This document shows, piece after piece, positions 11,490 to 22,746 of a DNA stretch of 64,000 nt (the first letter of the stretch is position 1; each line of letters opens with the position of its first letter). Both the position numbers and the translations under genes were made by a program. The stretch lies in assembly GCA_030390025.1 (NCBI GenBank), contig CM059433.1:10108001-10172000 (forward strand), in the 5' to 3' direction. The notes below the pieces were generated by a model. That model had not been told where the DNA came from and made no database searches. It saw only the letters and a program-made list of their open reading frames with translations. Source of the stretch: Squalus acanthias (lineage: Eukaryota).

Positions 11490-11644
11490 GATTATAATGA
11501 GGCCCGGGAGTAAAAATACTGGGGCGTCGAGTGAGTTTCACACTCACCTCACTACCTACTCACCCAAAACCTGCCCAGAGTTAAAATCGGGGCCAATGTT
11601 TCTGATGAGACTGGGGCTGACTTCATAACTCATAACTCCAACAG

Positions 11645-12253
11645 AAGGTCAGAAATGGGGATGTTCGCTGATGACTACACAGTGTTCAATGCCATTCACA
11701 GCTCCTCTGATAATGAAGCAATCCATGCCCGCATGCAGCAAGACCTGGACGACGTAAAGAGTATGATGGAATACTCTCCACTTGCCTGGATGAGTGCAGC
11801 TCCAACAACACTCAAGAAGCTCGACACCATCCAGGACAAAGCAGCCCGCTTGATTGGCAACCCATCCACCACCTTAAACATTCACTCCCTCCACCACCGG
11901 CGTACCGTGGCTGCAGTGTGTACCATCTACAAGATGCACTGCAGCAACTCGCCAAGGCTCCTTCAGCAGCACCTCCCAAACCCGTGACCTCTTCCACCTA
12001 GATGGACAAGGGCAGCAGACGCATGGGAACACCACCACCTCCTGACTTGGATGTTTATCGTCGATCCTTCATCGTCGCTGGGTCAAAATCCTGGAACTCC
12101 CTCCCTAACAGCACTGTGGGGTACCTTCACCACACGGACTGCAGCGGTTCAAGAAGGCGACTCACCACCACCTTCTCAAGGGCAATTAGGGATGGGCAAT
12201 AAATGTTGGCCTTGCCAGCGATGCCCACATCCCAGGAACAAATTTAAAAAAAA
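11645..12253 (+). mobile_element. Poly(A)-tailed non-LTR LINE fragment (CR1/L2 group, clade unresolved) with internal deletions
   Basis: MFADD RT motif, then MEYSPLAWMSAAPTTLKKLDTIQDKAARLI..SLHHRR. Same family as 14964-15482. Confidence 0.75.
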
Positions 12254-13737
12254 GTTATGTAAACCTGGCGCAGGACTAGGAAGAACGATATCACGATTAT
12301 TTCCATCAATTTATTTTGTTTATAAACTTTCTTTGAGAGGCAGCGCTCTTTTTCTATGCATTTGCTTGAATTCTTTTGTTTGGAATTGAACAACAGTATC
12401 GACATCCAGAGGGGCCAGGGGTTATCGAGGTGGATTTAAGAAGTTCTGTAGTAAAATATGTAGCACGATTTTGCGGCTATTTCTGAACTTTTTTTCTTGC
12501 TTTTTTCCCGTTTTTTTTCCCCCTCTTTCCATTTAATGCGGGTAATTTCGGCTTTATGTGAGAGCGTTAAAGGGGTGCTAACGAATTGGCAGCCCATTTT
12601 ACATCTGTCCCTTGTGCCTCTGAAAGCAGAAAGTTCCGCGGCGTTGTTTTATTAAACTTAATCATTGATTGATGATCTGTACTCATTGGGTTTTCAAGGG
12701 AATAAATGGAACAGTTTGTGGATCTGGTACTAAGTAAGCAGCATTAACGCAATTTGGCTCCAAGCTTTAATCAAGTGCTGTGCAGCTTTGATCTGTGTGA
12801 GGCAGGGTAGGATATTTGAACACTGCGTAACATTGAATAATACAAGGTAGAGATTAGCTGAGAGCTGGGCAGAGCTTTTGAATGGTGCAAGTGACTGTTG
12901 CAATGCTGTTTTTTTGTGTTGGATGGTCTGAAGTAGGTGACTGATTGAGCAGTGTGCGCTGTGCTGGATGATGTAAGATCGGAATGAATGAGCGCGGCGC
13001 AGTATGTCAGGCAGTATGAGGTGGGGGAGAAGTGATTGAGCATTGTGCGATGTTTCTAACATTGATCCTAAGTCAATCTGTGGACTCTTTTTTTCCCTTT
13101 TGCACAATTAATCGTCAGCCATATTCTTGAAATAATTGTCTCCTTAGCAGCCTTCGCTTTCTCGCATCTTCTTTGCGGTGTTCAGTACACACTGCACCAA
13201 CATGCCACGCCTTTTCGCTGCAGTCAAGACCAAGAATAGGCAAGCTGTGGTGTGATACTGGAAACAGCAGCCATTATTTCGCTTACTGCAAAATACCAAT
13301 GACTGAACAGTGTCTATACCCATGGCCACCCTTATCATTGATTACTAGCTCTGATCTTATGACCCTAAACACGCTTATGAATTCAGTCCTATCCATCTTC
13401 TGGAAGGCAGTCTTCTTCTGTCTCTTTAACATTAATAAAGTAAAAATAGGCCTGACTGCCCCATCATATCCTTACTCTAGGATCCAACTTTACAGTTAAA
13501 GAGGCGGAAGGCAATAAATGCCGTAGCTTTTTCAGTGAGCGTTGACACTGTCCAAATATGTACATATCCACTTGCTCCAGTTTCCAATAGGTTTCCAATT
13601 ATCAATAAAAGGAAGTGAGATAAAGCTGTGCATGCACCAAACCAAGTAAGAGAAATGAATTTGTGTTATCCGTGGAATGAATGAAGAAAACATAGGAATA
13701 GCAGGAGGCCATTTAGCACCTCAAAAACATCTTTTGA

Positions 13738-14800
13738 GCTCCCTACAGCTAGTGGAACTGTCCAGTGTAGTTTTAAGCCATCAAGACAAAAAGATTCCAA
13801 GGCCCATTCTTGGTCTATGCTGATTTAGTTGACCGCAGCCAGGTTACTTGAGGTGCTCTGGGCTTGGTTGAGGGAGGTGAAGAAAATCAGCCAGGGTTCA
13901 TTCCCCGATTGCAATACTATGACTTGTGGTGGAAATTATGCATGTGTGGACATCGAGGGTGGGTGGGGAGGCGGGTGCAGGGATTCTCCTCTGCGTTCCC
14001 ACCTGAAATCAAATGGGATTACGGCGGAGAACGAGGGAATATTCAGGTGGTGAGGCCTACCGCCACTTCACTGACCTGTGCTGGATTCCGCCACCCCCAC
14101 CCCCACCTCCACCACCTACCATCCCCACGCCCTCTCTGGGATTACCAATGACAGTTTCTTCCCCACCCGACGCATGTCGCAAATGGCAGTGGGGGAATGG
14201 GGGGATCAGTTCCCTGAAGGATTTCCCTCCCATCTGCACCATTTACCGTTGCTTTCCAGGGCCGCTATATGGAAGGTGGTGATAATTCTTAGGAAGCGGT
14301 AGTAAGGGCCTTGAGGTTCCCACCTAGGAGGGGGGAGGGCTTTGAAGCAGTCTCCTTTCCCGCTCCCTAAAGTAGGCCCCAAACAGTTACTAGCTGAGGG
14401 CCTAGGTCTTCGCCAAGCCCTTCAGTGGGACTTCTGGTCCAATCTTCGGGGCATTCCTGTTGTAGCACCACTGGAATTTTCAGCCTTTGCATTGGTTGGT
14501 TCTCCTCTTCGTAGTGGGAATCCCATTGGGAGCCCACCATGCATAACGAATAACCCCCCCGACCCAAAGAAATGGGTCGAGGTTGGGGAAGACTTGGAAG
14601 GGGCGGGTGGAAATCTTGCCCTGCCAGAACTCTGCCCCGAGGAGGAGAATCCTGGCACAGGTGAGGCTAGCGCTGCGATGTGACAAGCTCGCACATGAAG
14701 TGTGGCCACTTGGGCGAGGTACTGGCGGGCTACTGACACCATTGGAACTGAAACTCAGCCAGAGTCAGCATCTTTAAGACAAGAGGAGAGCAAGATTGGA
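13738..14800 (+). mobile_element. AmnSINE2-like ancient SINE split by a MITE
   Basis: Segments tggtctatgctgatttagttgac..gaaaatcagccagggttc and cacatgaagtgtggccacttgggcgaggtac resemble the AmnSINE2 consensus as recalled. Related degenerate copies are near 27920-28140(-), 39880-39970, 42775-42900, 50340-50500(-), 50660-50985 and 56250-56420(-). Confidence 0.6.
13975..14658. mobile_element. Harbinger-like MITE nested in the SINE
   Basis: TIRs GTGCAGGGATTCTCCT / AGGAGAATCCTGGCAC; flanks CGG and AGG. Confidence 0.65.
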
Positions 14801-14963
14801 AAAAGAGGCAGGGAGGAAATTAAATGAAAAAAAAATAATATCATGGTTTTGTTATCATTTTGGGCACAGAAATGCTAGTGCAGTGCTGAGGACATTAAAG
14901 GTGTGGGCCCTAAATAACCGCGAGGGCTCTCCTGATCTTCCGGCATTACATCAACAGGAGATT

Positions 14964-15482
14964 GGGACAAGTCAGGAGTGCGATGGAATACTCTCCACTT
15001 GCCTGGATGAGTGCAGCTCCAACAACACTCAAGAAGCTCGACACCATTCAGGACAAAGCAGCCCGCTTGATTGGCACCCCATCCACCACCTTAAACATTC
15101 ACTCCCTCCACCACCGGCGTACCGTGTCTGCAGTGTGTACCATCTACAAGATGCACAGCAGCAACTCGCCAAGGCTTCTTCGGCAGCACCTCCCAAACCC
15201 GCAACCTCTTCCACCAAGAAGGACAAGGGCAGCAGGCACATGGGAACACCACCACCTCCAAATTCCCCTCCAAGTCACACATCATCCTGACTTGGATGTA
15301 TATCAGCCGTTCCTTCATCGTCGCTGGGTCAAAATCCTGGAACTCCCTCCCTAACAGCACTGTGGGAGTACCTTCACCACACGGACTGCAGCGGCTCACC
15401 GCCACCTTCTCACGGGCAATTAGGGATGGCCAATAAATGCTGGCCTTGCCAGCGACACCCACATCCCGTAAAAAAAAAAGAA
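14964..15482 (+). mobile_element. Poly(A)-tailed LINE 3' fragment (same family as 11645)
   Basis: QVRSAMEYSPLAW...; 3' end ggccttgccagcgacacccacatcccg followed by an A tail. Confidence 0.8.
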
Positions 15483-16145
15483 TTGAAAAAAACCGCTGGA
15501 GAAATGGCATAAATGACTGCTTTCAGCAATTTGCCTCACTTCTCTTGGGGGGTTCCACCAATCTCACACTGAAGTCACACAGCAGATCCAGAGAACTCCT
15601 ATGGAAATTCAGGGCCATGGTCTGATTTCATTTGGCATTGTTGTCAGTACATTTGATGCTTTTGTTGTTCCACCGTAATCAATCTGTTAAATAAAAAGGC
15701 TTAAAAGTGTCAATTTAATAAATCCTTAACAAGAAGCAGAGTAGCATTCCTGGTACCAAGCCATGGCCTCTATTTTGCATTGGGTAAGCTCAGCAGCCAT
15801 GAGTTGTTGTTCACCTAAAACCGATCGAGCGGACTTGATTTCCACACAATTAGTTGACGGGGAAAATAGACTGTCTATCATATCTGATACTAGAACTGAC
15901 AGAGCAAAGGCATTAGAGAACTGATTGTTTAAACGTATAATAAAAGTAACGAGAGGAATGAGACTATTATTTTTTTTAAATCGGTCTAAAGGAAGGCAGA
16001 ACTCAAAAATAAAATCAAAATCTTGTTTTTGATGATGTAGACTCTGGGACTTTTTATTGAAATATAAAATTCCATGTACCGTATCCCCACTCATTCTATT
16101 ATAAAAAGCATCCTGATCGAAGGACAGCATTCCTGGGCAAATTAT

Positions 16146-16282
16146 GGGATCAAGGGATATGGGGAGAAAGCAGGGACAGGGTACTGAATTTGGATGATCA
16201 GCCATGATCGCATTGAATGGCGGAGCAGGCTAGAGGGGCCGAATGGCCAACTCCTGCTCCTATCTTCTATGATTCTATGATT
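16146..16282 (+). mobile_element. CR1 3' end
   Basis: gggatcaagggatatggggag..gatcagccatgat..(ttctatga)n. Confidence 0.85.
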
Positions 16283-17652
16283 AGGTATGTGTTTATCAGG
16301 ATTCAACTGGTCATTCAGGCCGAGCTGTCATTACAGTAAAATGAAAACACAAATTGCTTCGAGCAACCAAGATTGAAATATTTTTTTACACCCTTGCCTT
16401 TTATTTCTAGGCTTTCCACGTATAATTAATTATATTATCTTGTTGATGCCCTCTCGTGTCAAATAACTCAGTGATCCGTTTGCGGAATTTGTTTTTTAAA
16501 AAAAACACTGACAGAGGTGTAGCACAGTAATTAAAAAGTATGTTATCTCCCGAGAGTTTATGTCGTGCCTCAGCTCTGGGTGAGTGCCAGCTTCAGCTAA
16601 TCCCATCAACCCAGTCTGCGGGAAAGGTCAGAGTTCGGTAACCGCCATCACAGTCGGTACTTAACTGAATTTCTAACAAGCGTTTACCTACTAAACAGCT
16701 GTTCCCTAGTAATAATTCTTAAATTATCCCTTGTTTTTCTAAAAGCCAACGCGTCCGCCAATAACGTTTTATCCGTCCGCTTGCCTAGCTACATTTTAGA
16801 AATAAAGTTATCCACTAGCCTTCCCGGTAATCTTGTAAACATTTGACAAAAGATGATTTCCCCCCCCCCCCACCCCCACCTCTCTGATCAATTAATCATG
16901 ACCAGCACTGAATGGTAGTTGACCTATAAAGAGTTTTTGGCCCTGAGACTATGCTGTAAGCAAATCCACATTTCTTCTGCCATTTGGTCAACGTTCCAAA
17001 ATCCAGGCCTTTAAGCCATATGTTGCCACAGCAATAAATGTAACGTGGCAATTTTTACCATGGCAACAGTCAGTCATAGTACCTGACATCAGCACACTCA
17101 GGCAGGAAATTGTGATGCTGGGATAGACGGTTTGCTGAGATTTTCAGCTAAGCCCCTACCTCGGCAATTTTACTGCCGTTGCCACTCGCTTCTCTGGTTT
17201 CACGTGTGAAAACATTCTGATGATAAAACTGGTGCGTTACCGTAGAATGTTAGTGATTCAACCCACTTGAGTGCTGAGAGACTTTCGCAGCTTGCAAACC
17301 CCTGGTTCAGCAATGCGACTGCAATCCTCAGAGGGGGGGCTCATTTCTGTGTGAGCGAGCACGCTTGGACAATTCTTAAAGCCCCATAACCTTTGGCATA
17401 ATAGGTTAACAGATCAGGGCTAGCTGTTAGATTATAGCTCCGCTCTCCTCTTTCTCACCATTTTGAATCACTGTGCTCTTATACTTGCAAGGAAGGACAT
17501 TTTGTGCTGTAACTAGCTTCTCTAATGCAGCCACCTTTCACTAGTATTAAAGGTTTAACTTATCTGGAGAATAGGTGTTCCTTCAATTAAATTAAATTAA
17601 ATAAGTTAAATAAGTTTAAATTTTAGTAATAAAGTAACATAAGGGTTAAGTC

Positions 17653-18597
17653 ATGACAGGAAGTCTCGGACCCGTTTCATGCTCCTCCTGTGCCATGTGG
17701 GAAACCAGGGACACTTCCAGTGTCCCTGACAACTACGTGTGCGGGAAGTGTGTCCAGCTGCAGCTCCTGACAGCCCGCATGGCGGTGCTGGAGCTGCGGG
17801 TGGACTCACTCTGGAGCATGCACGATGCCGAGAACTCGGTGAATCGCTCATTTAGTGAGTTGTCCACACCGCAGGTAAAGGCTAGGACAGACAGTGAATG
17901 GGTGACCAAGAAGCAGGGCAATATCAGGAAGGTAGTGCAGGAGTCCCCTGTGGTCATCTCCCTCCAAAACAGGTATGCCGCTTTGGACACTGTTGGGGGA
18001 GATGGCCTACCAGGGGAAGGCACTAGCAGCCAGGTTCATGGCACCATGGCTGGCTCTGCTGCACAGCAGGGCGGGAAAAAGAGTGGCAGGGCTATAGTGA
18101 TAGGGGACTCAATTGTAAGGGGAATAGACAGGAGTTTCTGTGGCCGCAACCGAGATTCCAGGATGGTATGTTGCCTCCCTGGTGCAAGGGTCAAGGATGT
18201 CTCGGAGCGGCTGCAGAACATTCTGAAGAGGGAGGGTGAACAGCCAGCTGTCGTGGTGCATGTAGGTACCAACGATATAGGTAAAAAGCGGGAAGAGGTC
18301 CTACAAGCAGAATTTAGGGAGCTAGGAGCTAAATTAAAAAGTAGGACCTCTAAGGTAGTAATCTCTGGATTGCTACCAGGGCCACGTGCTAATCAGAATA
18401 GAGAGAACAGGATGGTGAGATTGAATACGTGGCTTGAGCAGTGGTGCAGGAGGGAGGGATTCAAATTCCTGAGGCATTGGAACCAGTTCTGGGGGAAGTG
18501 GGACCTGTACAAAAGGGACGGTCTGCACTTGGGCAGGACTGGAACCGATGTCCTCGGGGTAATATTTGCTAAAGCAGTTCGGGAGGATTTAAACTAA
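17653..18597 (+). CDS. CR1 ORF1p: zinc finger/leucine zipper plus SGNH esterase
   Basis: CSSC..CGKC finger, heptad leucines, and all four SGNH blocks (IGDS, LPGA, GTND, DGLH); 314 aa. Confidence 0.93.
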   Translation: MTGSLGPVSCSSCAMWETRDTSSVPDNYVCGKCVQLQLLTARMAVLELRVDSLWSMHDAENSVNRSFSELSTPQVKARTDSEWVTKKQGNIRKVVQESPVVISLQNRYAALDTVGGDGLPGEGTSSQVHGTMAGSAAQQGGKKSGRAIVIGDSIVRGIDRSFCGRNRDSRMVCCLPGARVKDVSERLQNILKREGEQPAVVVHVGTNDIGKKREEVLQAEFRELGAKLKSRTSKVVISGLLPGPRANQNRENRMVRLNTWLEQWCRREGFKFLRHWNQFWGKWDLYKRDGLHLGRTGTDVLGVIFAKAVREDLN

Positions 18598-18644
18598 TAT
18601 GGCAGGGGAATGGGAACCTATGTAGCGAAACAGGGGGAAGTAAT

Positions 18645-21581
18645 ATGCAGTCAGAAACAAATGTTAGAAGGGTGAGAAACAATAGGGGAAGGCCGAGTAA
18701 ACAAAGGCAAGAAACACAAAGGGCCATACTAAATCATAAGTCTAAAAGGACAAAGGATGTTAATAAAACAAGCCTAAAGGCTCTGTGTCTTAATGCAAGG
18801 AGTATCCGTAATAAGGTGGATGAATTGACTGTGCAAATAGATGTTAACGGATACGATGTGATTGGGATTACAGAGACGTGGCTCCAGAACAATCAAGGCT
18901 GGGAACTGAACATCCAGGGGTATTCAACATTCAGAAAGGATAGAATAAAAGGAAAAGGGGGTGGGGTAGCATTGCTGGTTAAAGAGGAGATTAATGCAAT
19001 AGCTAGGAAGGACATCAGCTTGGACGATGTGGAATCAATATGGGTTGAGCTGCAGAACACCAAAGGGCAGAAAACGTTAGTGGGAGTTGTGTACAGACCT
19101 CCAAACAGCAGTAGTGAGGTGGGGGAGGGTATGAAACAGGAAATCAGAGGTGCGTGCAAAAAAGGCACAGCAGTTATCATGGGTGACTTTAATATGCATA
19201 TAGATTGGGCTACTCAAACTGGAAGCAATACGGTGGAGGAGGATTTCCTGGAGTGTTTAAGGGATGGTTTCCTAAACCAATATGTTGAGGAACCAACTCG
19301 AGGGGAGGCCATCCTGGACTGGGTGTTGTGTAATGAGGAGGGACTAATCAGCAATCTTGTGGTACGAGGCCCCCTGGGGAAGAGTGACCATAGTATGGTG
19401 GAGTTCTACATTAGGATGGAGAAGGAAACAGTTAAGTCAGAGACCATGGTCCAGAACTTAAATAAGGGCAACTTTGAGGGTATGAGGCGTGAATTGGCGA
19501 GGTTAAATTGGCAAGCGATATTTAAGGGGCTATCAGTGGAAGGGCAATGGCAGACATTTAGAGATCGCATGGATGAACTACAACAATTGTACATCCCGGT
19601 CTGGCGTAAAAATAAAAAAGGGAAGGTGGCTCAACCATGGCTAACAAGGGAAATCAGGGATAGTATTAAAACCAAGGAAGTTGCATACAAATTGGCCAGA
19701 AGTAGCAGCAAACCCGGGGACTGGGAAAACTTCAAAACTCAGCAGAGGAGGACGAAGGGTTTGATTAGGGCAGGGAAAATAAAATATGAAAGGAAGCTTG
19801 CAGAGAACATTAAAATGGACTGCAAAAGCTTCTATAAATATGTAAAAAGAAAGAGGTTAGTTAAAACAAACGTAGGTCCCCTGCAGTCGGAAACAGGGGA
19901 AGTCGTAATGGGGAACAAGGAAATGGCCGATCAATTGAATAAGTACTTTGGTTCGGTGTTTACTGTGGAGGACACACACAACCTGCCGGAAATAAAAGGG
20001 GTCAGAGGATCTGGTAAGAGGGAGGAGCTGAGGGAAATCCTTATTAGTCGGGAAAAGGTATTGGGGAAATTGATGGGACTGAAGGCTGAAAAATCCCCGG
20101 GGCCTGATGGTCTGCATCCCAGAGTACTTAAGGAGGTGGCCTTGGAAATAGTGGATGCATTGACGATCATTTTCCAACATTCCTTAGACTCTGGATCAGT
20201 TCCGATGGAGTGGAGGGTGGCCAATGTAACCCCTCTTTTTAAAAAAGGAGGGAGGGAGAAAGCAGGGAATTATAGACCGGTCAGCCTGACATCGGTCGTG
20301 GGTAAAATGATGGAAGCAATTATTAAAGATGTCATAACAGACCATTTGGAAAGTGGCGACATGATAGGTCCAAGTCAGCATGGATTTGTGAAAGGGAAAT
20401 CATGCTTGACAAATCTTCTGGAATTTTTTGAGGATGTTTCCAATAGGGTGGACAGGGGGGAACCAGTAGATGTGGTGTATTTGGACTTTCAGAAGGCCTT
20501 CGACAAGGTCCCACACAAGAGATTGGTGAGCAAAGTTAAAGCACATGGGATTGGGGGTAATGTGTTGACGTGGATTGAGAACTGGTTGGCACACAGGAAA
20601 CAAAGAGTAGGAGTAAATGGGTACTTTTCAGAATGGCAGGCAGTGACCAGCGGGGTACCGCAGGGTTCGGTGCTGGGACCCCAGCTGTTTACATTATATA
20701 TTAATGATTTGGACGAAGGGATTAAATGTAATATCTCCAAATTTGCGGATGACACTAAATTGGGAGGCAGTGTGAACAATGAGGAGGATGCTAGGAGGCT
20801 ACAGAGTGACTTGGACAGGTTGGGTGAATGGGCAAATGTATGGCAGATGAAGTACAATGTGGATAAATGTGAGGTTATCCACTTTGGTGGTAAAAATAGA
20901 GAGGCGGACTATTACCTGAATGGTGGCAGATTAGGGAAAGGGGACGTGCAACGAGACCTGGGCGTCATGGTACATCAGTCACTGAAGGTGGGAATGCAAG
21001 TGCAGCAGGCAGTCAAGAAAGCAAACGGAATGATGGCCTTCATAGCAAGGGGATTTGAGTACAGGAGTAGGGAGGTGATGCTACAGTTGTACAGGGCCTT
21101 GGTGAGGCCACACCTGGAGTATTGTGCGCAGTTTTGGTCTCCTAACTTAAGGAAGGACATTCTTGCTATTGAGGGAGTGCAGCGAAGGTTCACTAGATTG
21201 ATTCCTGGGATGGCCGGACTGACATATCAAGAAAGATTGGGTCAACTGAACTTGTATCCTCTGGAGTTCAGAAGAATGAGGGGGGATCTTATAGAGACAT
21301 TTAAAATCCTGACTGGTTTAGACAAATTAGATGCGGGCAGAATGTTCCCAATGGTAGGGAAAACTAGAACCAGGGGTCACAGTCTAAGGATTAAGGGGAA
21401 GCCATTTAGGACTGAGCTGAGGAGGAACTTCTTCACCCAGAGAGTGGTGAATCTATGGAATTCTCTTCCACAGAAGGTTGTTGAGGCCAGTTCGCTAAAT
21501 ATATTCAAAAGGGAGTTAGATATAACACTCACAACTAAGGGGATCAAGGGGTATGGCGAGAAAGCAGGAATGGGGTACTGA
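18645..21581 (+). CDS. CR1 ORF2p: APE endonuclease plus reverse transcriptase
   Basis: Uninterrupted 978 aa. APE motifs LNARS, ITETWL, GDFN, ILD, SDH; RT motifs [29 protein letters not shown]-terminal NFFTQRVVNLWNSLP. The frame is open upstream to at least 18588. Confidence 0.97.
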   Translation: MQSETNVRRVRNNRGRPSKQRQETQRAILNHKSKRTKDVNKTSLKALCLNARSIRNKVDELTVQIDVNGYDVIGITETWLQNNQGWELNIQGYSTFRKDRIKGKGGGVALLVKEEINAIARKDISLDDVESIWVELQNTKGQKTLVGVVYRPPNSSSEVGEGMKQEIRGACKKGTAVIMGDFNMHIDWATQTGSNTVEEDFLECLRDGFLNQYVEEPTRGEAILDWVLCNEEGLISNLVVRGPLGKSDHSMVEFYIRMEKETVKSETMVQNLNKGNFEGMRRELARLNWQAIFKGLSVEGQWQTFRDRMDELQQLYIPVWRKNKKGKVAQPWLTREIRDSIKTKEVAYKLARSSSKPGDWENFKTQQRRTKGLIRAGKIKYERKLAENIKMDCKSFYKYVKRKRLVKTNVGPLQSETGEVVMGNKEMADQLNKYFGSVFTVEDTHNLPEIKGVRGSGKREELREILISREKVLGKLMGLKAEKSPGPDGLHPRVLKEVALEIVDALTIIFQHSLDSGSVPMEWRVANVTPLFKKGGREKAGNYRPVSLTSVVGKMMEAIIKDVITDHLESGDMIGPSQHGFVKGKSCLTNLLEFFEDVSNRVDRGEPVDVVYLDFQKAFDKVPHKRLVSKVKAHGIGGNVLTWIENWLAHRKQRVGVNGYFSEWQAVTSGVPQGSVLGPQLFTLYINDLDEGIKCNISKFADDTKLGGSVNNEEDARRLQSDLDRLGEWANVWQMKYNVDKCEVIHFGGKNREADYYLNGGRLGKGDVQRDLGVMVHQSLKVGMQVQQAVKKANGMMAFIARGFEYRSREVMLQLYRALVRPHLEYCAQFWSPNLRKDILAIEGVQRRFTRLIPGMAGLTYQERLGQLNLYPLEFRRMRGDLIETFKILTGLDKLDAGRMFPMVGKTRTRGHSLRIKGKPFRTELRRNFFTQRVVNLWNSLPQKVVEASSLNIFKRELDITLTTKGIKGYGEKAGMGY

Positions 21582-22299
21582 GGTAGCATGTTCAGCCATG
21601 AACGCATTGAATGGCGGTGCAGGCTCGAAGGACCGAATGGTCTACTCCTGTACCTATTTTCTATGTTTCTATGTTTCAAGGTTTGCATGGAAATTGCATG
21701 AAGTGAACCAAAATTTACAGGCAAAGGGATCTTATTAACTTATTCAGCTGTAATCCTAGTAAATGGTTGAACCCACAATTCTCTAAAGCGATGCTCCAAT
21801 TGCTTTCTTTAAATAAAAATCCAGATTATTCCACAAAAGCACTGTGAGCCTCATCTTGTTTATGTATCTTGTTTGGGGCTACGTGCATTTCCCCAATGTT
21901 ACACATTGGGATAAACTGGAACACCAGCTGGAACACAATGGGCTTGGCATGCTTCAGTCATCAAAAAAAAAAGACAGCGAGGATTCTGTTTCTTGAACTT
22001 TTAACAGAACCACTCATGAAATCGCTGTAGTTGTGACTGAGAAATACGAGTTTGTAAGTCGCAACGCACCCGTGGTACTGAATTCTTCTGAAGCAGCTGT
22101 CGTGCCACTTGGCTCTCCGAAATTTCGATAAGTCCAAACATCTACCTGGGAAGTGTGGAATAGTGACGAAGAAAGCTGCGATGGCAAAGCTGGTTTCAGG
22201 GAGGAGGCTCCGCTAGTGCTGGTGAACACAGTTAGGGAGAGAACGGCGCACATTTTTGATGATGGAAGACATGCAAAGAAGGCGTCAAGTGTGGCAATT

Positions 22300-22560
22300 G
22301 GCCCTGATTTCAACTCAGGTGGATGCCCGGCTCAGGCCTGGGTTAAAATTACAGTCGGGTCTCAATGATGTCATCGGGTCGCAACGTGTAAAGAAGGACC
22401 CTGTTGGCACCGGGCGCCTGTCCTTGCTGCCTGCTCGGCAGAGCAGTTTAAAATTGCAGATGTTGCGATCGTGGCGTCTTTCGGACAGGTGAGAGCCAGG
22501 GGCGACTTTAACTGGCCACCCGCCAGGTTTCTGCTGAGCGAGTAGGGTTAAAATCGCCCA
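22300..22560. mobile_element. Harbinger-like MITE (degenerate)
   Basis: Ends GGCCCTGATTTCAAC ... GTTAAAATCGCCC, with a central tgatgtcatc motif shared with other MITEs here. Confidence 0.55.
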
Positions 22561-22746
22561 CTGACAGCATCAATTTCTCCTTTATTTGGAGGACCTGGCA
22601 GGAAGGGGAAAGGGCAAGGAATGACGATTATTTCAAAATAGGAGCACGGGACAAATATGCGCACAAGGAAACGTTGCAATTGTGAAAGATATATACTGTA
22701 CTAAAAAGTTACACTGACACGAACAAACGTTAACAAGAAGGTAGTA

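Larger units (their letters stand above)
9855..11594 (-). mobile_element. Harbinger remnant with a frameshifted Myb/SANT exon; hosts a Penelope insertion
   Basis: Minus strand ~10095-10265 reads SPGFSEASLAVLLDEVRARRVVLF. Terminal AAAATCGGGGCC at 11583-11594. Confidence 0.65.
17557..21677 (+). mobile_element. Near full-length CR1 LINE with both ORFs intact
   Basis: AT-rich 5' region, ORF1, ORF2, 3'UTR and (ttctatgt)n tail. Possible TSD AAGGTTT (17550-56, 21678-84) is uncertain, so the 5' boundary is approximate. Confidence 0.95.

Noticed and set aside
22008..22313. Short ORFs and a 46-nt AG..GTAAGT candidate exon
   Set aside because: No recognisable protein similarity and no supported partner exons.
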